DNA of 64,000 bases, taken from positions 49,524-113,523 of the forward strand of contig DIXK01000096.1 in assembly GCA_002428665.1 (NCBI GenBank), written 5' to 3'. Below the pieces are notes generated by a model. That model did no database searches and had not been told where the DNA came from. It saw only the letters and a program-made list of their open reading frames with translations. The translations under genes were made by a program, and so were the position numbers. This document shows positions 46,870-55,917 of the stretch, one piece after another. Source of the stretch: Verrucomicrobia subdivision 3 bacterium UBA6082. Lineage in GTDB: Bacteria; Verrucomicrobiota; Verrucomicrobiia; Limisphaerales; UBA8199. How positions within the stretch are numbered: the first letter of the stretch is position 1; each line of letters begins with the position of its first letter.

Positions 46870-47631
46870 TCAGAGATTAAATTCCGGGCCCAGGTATATT
46901 TCCCGGGCTTTTGGGTCGTTCACCAGTTGTTCCGCCACCCCCTCATAGACTACCTCGCCTTTGTGGATAAGGTAGGCTCGATCTACCAGCTTCAAGGTTT
47001 CTCTCACGTTGTGGTCGGTGATCAGTATGCCCAGCCCGCGTTGCTTCAAGCGGCGCACGATCTTTTGGACTTCGTACACCGCGATCGGATCGATTCCGCT
47101 GAATGGTTCATCCAGGAGCAGCAGCTTGGGACTGGTTACCAGTGCACGGGTGATTTCCAATCGTCGCTTCTCACCCCCGCTTAGTGTGTAAGCTTTGTTG
47201 CGGGCGAGGCGTGCCATATCCAGTTCATCCAGCAAATACTTTAACCGAATGGCCCGTTCCTGGCGGCTGAGCTTGCAGGTTTCAAGGATGGCCAGGATGT
47301 TCTGCTCGACCGTCAGTTTGCGAAAAATCGAGGGTTCCTGTGTCAGATAGCCAATCCCCAGTCGGGCTCGCTGATGCATCGCACGATGCGTGATTTCCTG
47401 GCCGCGAAACTGGACCAATCCAGCATCTGGTTTTACCACTCCCACCACCATGTTAAAGGTCGTGGTCTTTCCCGCTCCATTCGGCCCCAGCAAACCCACG
47501 ATCTCTCCCGCCGTCACGGATATCGATACGCCGTTGACAACGCGCCGGTTACGGTATTCCTTCACCAGTCCATCGGTGCTCAGCAATGGATCGCCTATGT
47601 TGATGGTTTCAGTTTTGGGCAAGGGGTTCAC
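46870..47631 (-). CDS. lptB: LPS export ABC transporter ATP-binding protein
   Basis: Walker A 'GPNGAGKTT', ABC signature 'LSGGEKRRLEI', Walker B 'LLLLDEPFSGIDP'. It sits directly downstream of an LptA-like gene and kdsA. Confidence 0.9.
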   Translation of the reverse strand: MNPLPKTETINIGDPLLSTDGLVKEYRNRRVVNGVSISVTAGEIVGLLGPNGAGKTTTFNMVVGVVKPDAGLVQFRGQEITHRAMHQRARLGIGYLTQEPSIFRKLTVEQNILAILETCKLSRQERAIRLKYLLDELDMARLARNKAYTLSGGEKRRLEITRALVTSPKLLLLDEPFSGIDPIAVYEVQKIVRRLKQRGLGILITDHNVRETLKLVDRAYLIHKGEVVYEGVAEQLVNDPKAREIYLGPEFNL

Positions 47632-47649
47632 AGTTGTGATGCTTCTCCC

Positions 47650-49518
47650 CTATTTAAACAGCCCGCCCTTGCCTTGGCCAAGCACGTTTGTTTCAGCGAT
47701 CCGCCCCCAACCCTGGACATTGAACTGCCCCGGGGCCAAAACTTGGTTGCGACCTCTATCAAGGATCAGCACTTGGTTCCGCAAAATGATTGGGTTGCCG
47801 GTCTGCAGATCTCGCCGTTCGAGGACTGGGTCGCCGCTCAGTTCCACATAGTCATTGGTCACCGAGTTCTGCACCTCGTAGACGTAAACCGCCCGGCCGC
47901 TGGTGCCATGGATCTTTTGGCCCTTATCGTCAATCAGGTCAAAAACGACCGACTGATCTGCCAGAATCCGACGGACGGGTCCTCCAGCCTCCGGCAGGTG
48001 GACAGAAAGGTCCTCGCACGCCCAATTCATTCGTGGGTGACTGATGTACACTCCCCCTTTGAACCGAGCGAGGCTCTTGCTGAACCGGTATTCTTCGGAG
48101 AATACTTCACAGACACCTGTCTGGGCGTTCGTGGAGAGCGTCACCCCGGTGGCAGGCGACGTTCCAGCGGCAAGTTGGCCGAATTCTTCAGCGGGTAGCC
48201 GCATGGAAGCATTGCCTTGAACACACAGTTCTCCCGCGGTGGTGTTCACCTGGATCAAAGAGCCCTTCCCCTGCCGCTGTCCATACTCCCACTGTGGATC
48301 CCCCGTCAGCTCCAAAACCTGGTTAGTGGCGGTATATATCGCCTTGGCAGCGGTGAGTTTTTTGTCTTCTTGCACGATTTCCACTTGGCGTTCTGCAACC
48401 AGCCGTTCGACTTGGTTGGTGCCGGTGTAGGTGACCCACATCTCTTCGCACCTCATGCGCCCGCCAGGCTGCCCTGGTCGATGTTCCTCCACTTCCACAT
48501 TCTGGCTGAACCACGCCTGATTTGTCCGAACTTCGCATTCGGCTGAACGGACTATTACATACGAACCAAACGGTGGGGTGCTATGCCTGGCGTTAGCTGC
48601 GTCACCCAGCAGGGTCGAAGCGCCTACGCTCTGCTCGGATATCTTGATCCAACTGTTTCCTGTGGCCTTCACCACGCGATTTGTGGGGTCGATCACCACG
48701 TGATCAGCACGACCTTCCCTGCCTGGGGTCTGCCACGCAGGCTTCCCCGTCACAGTGACCAGGCCGGATTTGGCTGAATAGAGAACCTGGCTGCCGGTGG
48801 CATGGGCATCGGCATAATCAATGACCACAGACTGCTCTGCCGCGATGCTCTCGAGCTGGCGGGTAGTGGTTGGCATCTGGATCGTCAGCACGCCGCTGTT
48901 CATTGCCAGGTTTGTTCCTGACACACGAACATTATCACGGTAGATCCCGGTCCCGGTTCGCTCATTGTAATGAAAACTGTCCGAGGTGATTACCAAGCCT
49001 TCGTTAGGCTTAGCTGTCGTGGTCTCGCCAGGGGCAGAGCCCGATTCGTGCCGAAGCAGGGCAGGGTGCACATAGGTGTGAACCTGGTTGGAAATGATCA
49101 AGATTGAGTTGGTCTGATGCCATGAGAACCCCCTGCCGGAGAGAGCAAATTTTCCGTCTGCCGTCTGGGCGGTGAGCGGCCCTGCCGAGTGCACGGCTCG
49201 CTGGGTCGACTCGTAGATACACTCAGGTGCCTCAACCAGGAGTTCTCTCACTCCGTCCTCACGGTAGGTTTGCAGCCACCCGCCTCTTACCAGGATGCGT
49301 TCGCTTGATTGCGGCTCAACTTCTTTGCCGCGGAGCAGGGATTTCATCTGCGACTCGTGCGGCGAGTCGTAGAAATCAGGGGAAATGCTGAAGTTCTTAC
49401 CTTTGCCAATGATTGTCTGTTGCGCGAATATAGGGCTTGAGCTAACCGCCAGAGAGACGGTAGCTGTCAGCATTAGCAACCAGCTCGAACTGGTATTGAC
49501 TGGGCGTTGTGTTCTCAA
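47650..49518 (-). CDS. Multi-module LptA/OstA-N-like periplasmic protein (LptC-like N-terminus + 3 LptA-like modules)
   Basis: 622 aa. TTG start in a TTGA overlap with the kdsA stop. Signal/anchor '[22 protein letters not shown]'. There are three copies of the LptA hallmark A..x.Y......(V/L)x(L/V)(T/S)G.P: '[21 protein letters not shown]', '[21 protein letters not shown]', '[26 protein letters not shown]'. Confidence 0.7.
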   Translation of the reverse strand: MRTQRPVNTSSSWLLMLTATVSLAVSSSPIFAQQTIIGKGKNFSISPDFYDSPHESQMKSLLRGKEVEPQSSERILVRGGWLQTYREDGVRELLVEAPECIYESTQRAVHSAGPLTAQTADGKFALSGRGFSWHQTNSILIISNQVHTYVHPALLRHESGSAPGETTTAKPNEGLVITSDSFHYNERTGTGIYRDNVRVSGTNLAMNSGVLTIQMPTTTRQLESIAAEQSVVIDYADAHATGSQVLYSAKSGLVTVTGKPAWQTPGREGRADHVVIDPTNRVVKATGNSWIKISEQSVGASTLLGDAANARHSTPPFGSYVIVRSAECEVRTNQAWFSQNVEVEEHRPGQPGGRMRCEEMWVTYTGTNQVERLVAERQVEIVQEDKKLTAAKAIYTATNQVLELTGDPQWEYGQRQGKGSLIQVNTTAGELCVQGNASMRLPAEEFGQLAAGTSPATGVTLSTNAQTGVCEVFSEEYRFSKSLARFKGGVYISHPRMNWACEDLSVHLPEAGGPVRRILADQSVVFDLIDDKGQKIHGTSGRAVYVYEVQNSVTNDYVELSGDPVLERRDLQTGNPIILRNQVLILDRGRNQVLAPGQFNVQGWGRIAETNVLGQGKGGLFK

Positions 49519-50342
49519 GCGTTGCGCATCGCCAACTTCAGTTTAACGAGGCTCTTCAAAAAGTCAGGCATGTCGCTGAGCGGAATCATGTTCGGACCAT
49601 CACTCAAAGCCCGATTCGGGTCCGGGTGGGTCTCGATGAACAAGCCGTCCGCGCCAGCCGCGAGCGCGCAGCGGGCCAGCACCGGCGCGAATTCACGATT
49701 CCCGCTCGAGCAATCACCTCCGCCCCCTGGCAATTGCACTGAATGTGTAGCGTCGAACACGACCGGATAACCAAGTTTCTTCATTATGGGTATCGAACGC
49801 ATGTCCGACACCAGGTTGTTGTACCCAAATGTGGTGCCACGTTCGGTCAGCAACAATTTGCGCCCACCTGCGCTTTTGGCCTTGGCTACTACCGGGCTCA
49901 TTTCGCCAGGAGACAGAAACTGGCCTTTCTTTATGTTGACGACCTTGCCGGTGCCGACCGCGGCGGCAATCAGGTCGGTTTGTCGGCAAAGAAACGCCGG
50001 AATTTGGAGGATGTCAACCACCTTGGCGGCCGCTTGGGCCTGCGCTTCAGTGTGGATATCCGTGAGCACCGGCACACCAAGGCGGTGGCGGATCGTTTGA
50101 AGAATGGCCAAGCCCGACTCAAGACCAGGTCCGCGAAAGGAGGTTGCCGAAGTGCGGTTGGCCTTATCGTAACTGGCCTTGAAGACATAGAAGATTCCCA
50201 GCCGGTCACACGTTTTCTTGAGTGACCTGCCTATGCGAAGGCAAAGATCCTCACTTTCGATCACGCACGGGCCGGCGATCAAGAACAACTGGTCTGTGCG
50301 CTGGAGTTGCTTCCAAGTGGTTGCATCGTTCAACACACCCAT
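49515..50342 (-). CDS. kdsA: 3-deoxy-8-phosphooctulonate (KDO-8-P) synthase
   Basis: 275 aa with '[11 protein letters not shown]', '[10 protein letters not shown]', '[13 protein letters not shown]' and '[14 protein letters not shown]'. Confidence 0.95.
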   Translation of the reverse strand: MGVLNDATTWKQLQRTDQLFLIAGPCVIESEDLCLRIGRSLKKTCDRLGIFYVFKASYDKANRTSATSFRGPGLESGLAILQTIRHRLGVPVLTDIHTEAQAQAAAKVVDILQIPAFLCRQTDLIAAAVGTGKVVNIKKGQFLSPGEMSPVVAKAKSAGGRKLLLTERGTTFGYNNLVSDMRSIPIMKKLGYPVVFDATHSVQLPGGGGDCSSGNREFAPVLARCALAAGADGLFIETHPDPNRALSDGPNMIPLSDMPDFLKSLVKLKLAMRNA

Positions 50343-50476
50343 CTTCTAACAGTCTACCAATACAAAGTAAATGAACGACGTGAACGACAGGCGACCAGCC
50401 AGAATGCCAAACTGATTCGACCTTCCCTTGTGACCGGTCATCCTCCGGCCCTGTTGCCACTTCGCGTCGGCTTGCC

Positions 50477-51442
50477 TTACCCCATTTTGTCCCCGGCCAC
50501 CAAAGGGTTTCCAGCCAGAAACTCCTGTGCGGTCAGCCGGCGCCCCCCCTCCCGCTGCAGCGCGGTTACCTTGAGCGCGTGGAGGCCGCAGCCAACGACG
50601 ATGCCTCCCTTGTCGGCACGAAGCACTACGCCAGCTTCGCCAGTTCGGTCCTCCACCTCGGATTCCCAGATCTTAAGGAAGTGCCTCTCAGGACGTGCTA
50701 GGTAGGTGAACGCTCCAGGCCAAGGCCTGAGGCCTCGTACCTGGTTCCAAATCTGCCGTGCCGGGCGGGTCCAGTCCACGAGCCCTTCCTCCTTTCTTAT
50801 TTTTGGCGCCATCACTACTCCCTCGGTGGATTGAGGCACGGGGCGCACCCTCCCGGCGGCATAATCCCGAATAGTGCGCACCAGTAAATCAGCTCCAATC
50901 GTTGCGAGGTGGTTATGCAGGCTTTCGCTGGTATCCGATGGCAGAATGGAGATCCTCTCCTGGGTCAAAATGTCCCCGGTATCCAGACCGGCATCGATCT
51001 TCATGATGGTGACGCCTGTCTCGGCATCATCGTTGAGGATCGCACGCTGGATTGGTGCTGCTCCACGGTAGCGAGGAAGCAACGAGGTGTGGACATTGAG
51101 GCATCCTAGGCGGGGCGTTTCCAGCAGACTCCGAGGCAGGATTTGACCAAAAGCAGTGACAGCGATCAGGTCCGGTTTAAGTGCCTGTATCTGTCTGATA
51201 AAGACTGGGTCACGAGCTCGTTCTGGCTGCAGGGTTGGCAGCTTCAACGTCATCGCCAACTCCTTTACCGGCGAGGGTTGAAGCCTGAGTTCTCTCCCCT
51301 TGGGGCGGTCAGGCTGGGTAACTACGGCGCTTACCTCGAAGCCGGGTGCTGCAGTGAGTGCCTTAAGGCTTGCGCACGCCAAGGTCGGCGTGCCCATGAA
51401 AATAATATTCAAGCGGGGTCCAAGTCGGCTGAGCTCAGGCAT
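50477..51442 (-). CDS. fmt: Methionyl-tRNA formyltransferase
   Basis: 'NIIFMGTP', 'NVHTSLLPRYRGAAPIQRAI' and 'DAGLDTGDIL'. Confidence 0.95.
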   Translation of the reverse strand: MPELSRLGPRLNIIFMGTPTLACASLKALTAAPGFEVSAVVTQPDRPKGRELRLQPSPVKELAMTLKLPTLQPERARDPVFIRQIQALKPDLIAVTAFGQILPRSLLETPRLGCLNVHTSLLPRYRGAAPIQRAILNDDAETGVTIMKIDAGLDTGDILTQERISILPSDTSESLHNHLATIGADLLVRTIRDYAAGRVRPVPQSTEGVVMAPKIRKEEGLVDWTRPARQIWNQVRGLRPWPGAFTYLARPERHFLKIWESEVEDRTGEAGVVLRADKGGIVVGCGLHALKVTALQREGGRRLTAQEFLAGNPLVAGDKMG

Positions 51443-52469
51443 CTTTATGCTTGAGCTGAATCTCGGTGATGTCCTGATAGTTCACTTGGACCTCTTCTTT
51501 GCTTGGTCCGTGGTGAACCTCGATGTGGAGATCCGCGGTGGCGATGCGCGAGATTCTCTGCGCGATGTGTTGGTGCCGACCGCATTTGAATACGAGCACC
51601 ATGTCCTTGTCGGCATCACGGCGCACCAAGCCGAAGAAACCCGGGAACCGCGTCTCGAAGAACCTTCGGTTAAAGGTAAACTGCCCCCGAGGGAAGGTGG
51701 TTGTGGGAGGCAGTTGAGCGTTGGCGGCGGCAGCGGGCTGAGCCTCGGTGTGCAGCTTCAGCCCCGCAGGGTGGGCTGCCGACGGATCAAGCATGGGGTT
51801 GATACCCTCGCCATCGGTCACACTGCCCTCAGGTGTCGTCGTCTGCGTTTGTGCTGGCGCAGCCGTCGCCTCCTCAGAAGCCTTAAGACGAGTTGGCAAG
51901 GAAAGGAAGACAATCGGTGCGATGATCGGCAGGATGGCTGCAGCACCGCAGACGAGGGGCGGCGGTTGCGCGCGGAAAAGAGCAATTTCGTAACCGGCGT
52001 AAATGTTTGCCGCGTAGAGCATGAGCATGAGCATGACCCCCAGCGTCGAAGAAAACAACGACGCAAAGAGAGATTGCCTTGCCGGTCGTTCCAACCGTTG
52101 GGGTTGTTTGATCGTGACCTCGGTCTTGGCCAGCCGATCCTCCTGGGAGACGTCGATAAATGGTTCCACGAAGGCCTGCAGGCGTGGATTCTGAGCGAAC
52201 TTCTTCAAGTCTTCTTGCGAAAAACTCACCCAGGGTACCCGCTGGTACTCGCCATCGCCCACCTTCACTTGCACACCAATGTCGTTTCCCGACGTGGGTA
52301 GAATCTCCCCGATCACGGTTTCCCCGGTGGTTAGGGTAAAGGTATCGGCGTTCCCAACCCGGGCGAAAACCGCGAACAGAACGATTGCGCTGAGAACAAG
52401 GAATCTTCTCACAAGGTCTTCTTCTAGCAGGAAACGGGCTCCTTGGGAAAGCAAAAACAAAAGGGCCAA
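51435..52469 (-). CDS. Hypothetical membrane protein (exported N-domain, 2 TM, cytoplasmic C-domain)
   Basis: The in-frame GTG at 52412 gives a clean signal peptide (M)RRFLVLSAIVLFAVFARVGNA|D. Two TM helices are present (LGVMLMLMLYAANIYAGY, AAAILPIIAPIVFLSL). The stop overlaps the fmt start by 8 nt. I recognise no family. Confidence 0.7.
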   Translation of the reverse strand: MALLFLLSQGARFLLEEDLVRRFLVLSAIVLFAVFARVGNADTFTLTTGETVIGEILPTSGNDIGVQVKVGDGEYQRVPWVSFSQEDLKKFAQNPRLQAFVEPFIDVSQEDRLAKTEVTIKQPQRLERPARQSLFASLFSSTLGVMLMLMLYAANIYAGYEIALFRAQPPPLVCGAAAILPIIAPIVFLSLPTRLKASEEATAAPAQTQTTTPEGSVTDGEGINPMLDPSAAHPAGLKLHTEAQPAAAANAQLPPTTTFPRGQFTFNRRFFETRFPGFFGLVRRDADKDMVLVFKCGRHQHIAQRISRIATADLHIEVHHGPSKEEVQVNYQDITEIQLKHKDA

Positions 52470-52559
52470 GCCCCCGCTGTTAGTATGACTTTTCCCTGTC
52501 GAAACTGATTAGCTTGCGTTTGAGTTGGTTGCAGGGTTGTATGCGGCTGGATGTGAACC

Positions 52560-53651
52560 ATGAGCGAGCTGCTTTCCTTGCTGAAGCTGCCTGATGGGGC
52601 GGAATCCGCGCCAGAGGTGTTGGAGCGGTTGGTCAGGCACGCGCAAAGAGCCGGGGCCAGCGACATTCACCTGCAGATGCGGGCGGACCACGCAGAAGTC
52701 GCCTTTCGATTGGATGGGGTGCTGACCTCGCCATGGTTACTTCCGGCAGCCATCGCGGAGCGGGTGTGCGGGCGAATCAAGTTCCTGGCGAATCTCAAGA
52801 CCTATCAGGATTCGTTGCCGCAGGAGGGGCGCATTGAGAAATCGGCCCTTCAAATTGTGGTCGATCTGCGCGTCGCGACTTACCCCACAGTGACCGGAGA
52901 GAAGGTCGTGCTGCGATTGTTCGGGTCGGGTGGGGTGAAGAGCCTGGTGGATCTGCAATTGCCGACCGACGTCTTCGCCGTGCTTAGCCGATGGCTCAAT
53001 CGCGCTGCCGGGTTGCTGTTGTTGACCGGCCCGGCGGGTAGCGGCAAGACCACCACGATCTACGCATGCGTCCAATACTTGGCGAGCACCGGGGGACGAC
53101 ACGTCATCACCGTCGAGGATCCGGTCGAGCAGATCATTCCTGGAATCATGCAGACGGAAATAAACGAGACGCGCGGCTTGGATTTCGCGCGCGCAACTCG
53201 GCATTTGCTGCGACAGGATCCACAGGTGTTGATTATTGGTGAGATCAGGGACGAGGAGACGGCGCGTATCGCCTTGCGCGCATCGCTGACGGGGCACATG
53301 GTCATTTCCACTCTGCACGCGGGCTCTTGTCACGGAGTGCTGGAGCGGTTGGATTCGTTTTGCGCGGACTTGCCGGCGATGGCTTCTTCCTTGGATCTGA
53401 TTCTCAATCAGCGATTGATTCGACGAGGATGTCAGGAGTGTTCCGGGGGCGGGTGTGAGGCTTGTCTAATGAGCGGGTATCGAGGGCGAATGCCTCTGGT
53501 GGAATTGCTGATGCTGGATGCTGCGGCGCGGGAGTTCATCCGCAAACGCGAGTTTCTGCAGATACCCGTAATCCCAACTCTCGAGCAGCGAGCCCGCGGG
53601 TTGGTTGAAGGTCATCTCACGACTGCTGCAGAAGTGCGACGCGTGATGTGA
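52560..53651 (+). CDS. Short GspE/PilB-type secretion ATPase (core only, 363 aa)
   Basis: Walker A 'LTGPAGSGKTTT', Asp box 'VITVEDPVEQ', Walker B 'VLIIGEIRDEETA', His box 'GHMVISTLHA'. A tetracysteine 'CQECSGGGCEAC' lies at nt 53430-53465. There is no N-terminal N1/N2 domain. Confidence 0.88.
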   Translation: MSELLSLLKLPDGAESAPEVLERLVRHAQRAGASDIHLQMRADHAEVAFRLDGVLTSPWLLPAAIAERVCGRIKFLANLKTYQDSLPQEGRIEKSALQIVVDLRVATYPTVTGEKVVLRLFGSGGVKSLVDLQLPTDVFAVLSRWLNRAAGLLLLTGPAGSGKTTTIYACVQYLASTGGRHVITVEDPVEQIIPGIMQTEINETRGLDFARATRHLLRQDPQVLIIGEIRDEETARIALRASLTGHMVISTLHAGSCHGVLERLDSFCADLPAMASSLDLILNQRLIRRGCQECSGGGCEACLMSGYRGRMPLVELLMLDAAAREFIRKREFLQIPVIPTLEQRARGLVEGHLTTAAEVRRVM

Positions 53652-53723
53652 TGGCCTGGAATAAGCGCGTGACAAACGCTTAAGAAGGGTGTTCGATAGC
53701 GTTGGATAATCACCGTCGAAATC

Positions 53724-54728
53724 ATGAAAACCGACGAACTGGCTTTCTTCAACCAGCAACTGGCTTTGATGTTGCGAGATGGCATCCCGCTGGAGGGCGC
53801 ACTGAAACAATTGACACAAGGGATGAGGCATGGGGTCTTGCGCACCGAGTTGGAAAGCCTTGAGGCCGACCTGGGACAGGGCACGGCGTTCCCTGAGGCT
53901 CTGTCACGTCGGAAACTCCCAGAGTTCTACACGCGCATGCTTGCGATCGGCGCGGCTTCGAACGACTTACCCGGGATGTTAACGCTGCTCGCCGATCACT
54001 ATCAGCGAGCCCACGCGATCTGGACGCGGCTGAAGGGTCTGATGACCTACCCGCTGATTGTGATCTTCGTTTCGCTGACCCTCACGGTAGTTCTAAGTGT
54101 CGTATTAGGCCATCTCCTGCGCGACGGCGTAACATCCCTTTCGATGGGCTGGCTTAGTGGGCGTGGCCCTTCGAATGGGCTATTGCTCTCCTTGATATGG
54201 GTTTCGCCAGCGCTGCTCGCCTTGACCGGGATGGCTATCGTTTTGGGCCTGGCGGTTCCCAGATTTAGGTCGTGGTTGCGCTGGCGGTTGCCGGCCTTTC
54301 GGGAGGCAAGTTTGGCTCAACTTGCTTCGGCGCTCGCCCTCATGTTACGGCAAGGTACCCCTTTGCCGGAGGCGCTCGCTCTTGCGGAATCGCTCGAGGC
54401 GGGCTCGCCAGCCGCCAAATCCCTTCAGATTTGGCGAGAGTTGCTCGCTCAGGGCCAGGTTAAACTGGGAGCCTTGCAAGATCCCACCGCTGCGTTGCCC
54501 CCTCTGTTCGTTTGGATGGTGAAATCTTCCCGTGAGAATCCGGCTGCGGGTTTTCAAAGGGCGGCCGACCTTTACCAGGCGCGCGCGGCCTACCGCACGG
54601 AGTTGTTGCTTTATGGGGCCTTGCCCGTGTCGATGCTGGTGCTCGGCCAACTGGTGTTTTGGCAGATTGCCCCGGTGTTCAGGATCCTGATAAACTTCAT
54701 GAACATGTTGGGCGATTCTGGAATGTGA
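53724..54728 (+). CDS. GspF/PilC-type platform protein, paralogue 1 (two T2SSF repeats)
   Basis: Repeat 1 is 'FFNQQLALMLRDGIPLEGALKQL...LPEFYTRMLAIGAASNDLPGML'. Repeat 2 is 'LAQLASALALMLRQGTPLPEALALAES...PPLFVWMVKSSRENPAAGF'. TM helices sit between and after the repeats. Confidence 0.82.
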   Translation: MKTDELAFFNQQLALMLRDGIPLEGALKQLTQGMRHGVLRTELESLEADLGQGTAFPEALSRRKLPEFYTRMLAIGAASNDLPGMLTLLADHYQRAHAIWTRLKGLMTYPLIVIFVSLTLTVVLSVVLGHLLRDGVTSLSMGWLSGRGPSNGLLLSLIWVSPALLALTGMAIVLGLAVPRFRSWLRWRLPAFREASLAQLASALALMLRQGTPLPEALALAESLEAGSPAAKSLQIWRELLAQGQVKLGALQDPTAALPPLFVWMVKSSRENPAAGFQRAADLYQARAAYRTELLLYGALPVSMLVLGQLVFWQIAPVFRILINFMNMLGDSGM

Positions 54729-54735
54729 GCCGACC

Positions 54736-55917
54736 ATGAATAGCCTGAATGACCTCGGATGGTTCCAGTACCCGGTCTTGGGTCTGGGAGTAATTCTCAG
54801 CCTGGCGGTATGGTTGACTCTGGCCATTGGGAGCCTGTACCTGCTTTACTTCTTATTAACGCTACCGATGCGCCGAAACGAGCGCGTGCGTCTTTTTCTC
54901 GATTTACTGGAAGTGGGCCTCAAGGACGGCCAGAGTCCCGAACATGCCATCGCGACAGTATCGCGGAGCCGGGACCCGTTGCTGGGGACACGGTTCCAAA
55001 TGTTGGCGGCAATGGTGGAGCAGGGGCAGACGCTGGGGCAAGCTCTCGAGGAGGTTCAACAACTGCTTCCGCCGCAGGTGGTGGCCATGATTCGGGTCGG
55101 GGAACGGTTGGGTGATGTCGGCAAAGTGCTTCCTGCCTGTCGCCAACTCCTGGCCGACGGAATTTCACAGGTGCGCGGTGCGTTGAATTACATTCTAGTG
55201 CTGGCGTTTGTCATCACGCCGATGGCTATCTTAATTCCGGTGGTTATTCAGTATCGGGTTATACCGAGTTATCGCATGGTGTTCGCAGGCTTGTCGGAGG
55301 GTTTGCCCTTACCGGCCTTCACCCGAATGGTCTTTGCGACAGGAAGCTTGTTTACCTTGGCCTTGACGTTTGTCCTGGTCTTCTTGTGGGTGCTCGTGCT
55401 TGGGTATACCGGTGGCCCGCGCTTGCGCGGGTGGCTTCGGGGTGCGGCTCCCAGCCTGGTGGACCGGTTTGTTTACGTGTTGCCGTGGCGTCGCTGCCGT
55501 ATGCAGCGGGACTTTGGTTGCATGCTCGCGTTGCTGTTGGACGCCGGGGTGTCTGAATCAGAAGCGGTGGGGCTGGCGGGCGAGGCAGTGGATAATCGCG
55601 TGATGCGCGCCCGCTCCTTGGCGGTGGTGAAGCAATTGTCGGAAGGTGTCAAACTGAACGTCGCGATCGGTGCCATCGACCGGTCGCGCGAACTCCAATG
55701 GCGGCTCACCAATGCATTGCGCCGAGGAGCGGGGTTCCTGCGCGCCCTGGATGGCTGGCATGAATCGCTTGCGGCTCGGGCCTTTCAGCAGGAACAGACG
55801 GCAGCCCAATTGCTCACCACGGTGCTGGTGTTGTTCAACGGTTTTGTGGTCGCTTCGATTGTGATCGCTATCTTTCTTGCCTTGATTGCGGTGATTCAGA
55901 TTGCTGCCTTATGGTAA
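54736..55917 (+). CDS. GspF/PilC-type platform protein, paralogue 2 (extra N-terminal TM; two T2SSF-like repeats)
   Basis: Repeat 1 is 'RVRLFLDLLEVGLKDGQSPEHAI...LPPQVVAMIRVGERLGDVGKVL'. Repeat 2 is 'RDFGCMLALLLDAGVSESEAVGLAGEAV...'. It starts 7 nt after paralogue 1. Confidence 0.75.
   Translation: MNSLNDLGWFQYPVLGLGVILSLAVWLTLAIGSLYLLYFLLTLPMRRNERVRLFLDLLEVGLKDGQSPEHAIATVSRSRDPLLGTRFQMLAAMVEQGQTLGQALEEVQQLLPPQVVAMIRVGERLGDVGKVLPACRQLLADGISQVRGALNYILVLAFVITPMAILIPVVIQYRVIPSYRMVFAGLSEGLPLPAFTRMVFATGSLFTLALTFVLVFLWVLVLGYTGGPRLRGWLRGAAPSLVDRFVYVLPWRRCRMQRDFGCMLALLLDAGVSESEAVGLAGEAVDNRVMRARSLAVVKQLSEGVKLNVAIGAIDRSRELQWRLTNALRRGAGFLRALDGWHESLAARAFQQEQTAAQLLTTVLVLFNGFVVASIVIAIFLALIAVIQIAALW

Noticed and set aside
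51300-52301. 333-aa plus-strand ORF competing with the 344-aa minus-strand membrane protein.
   Set aside because: The plus-strand product is Arg-rich and structureless, and it overlaps the fmt start. The minus-strand product has a signal peptide, two clean TM helices and a stop/start overlap with fmt.
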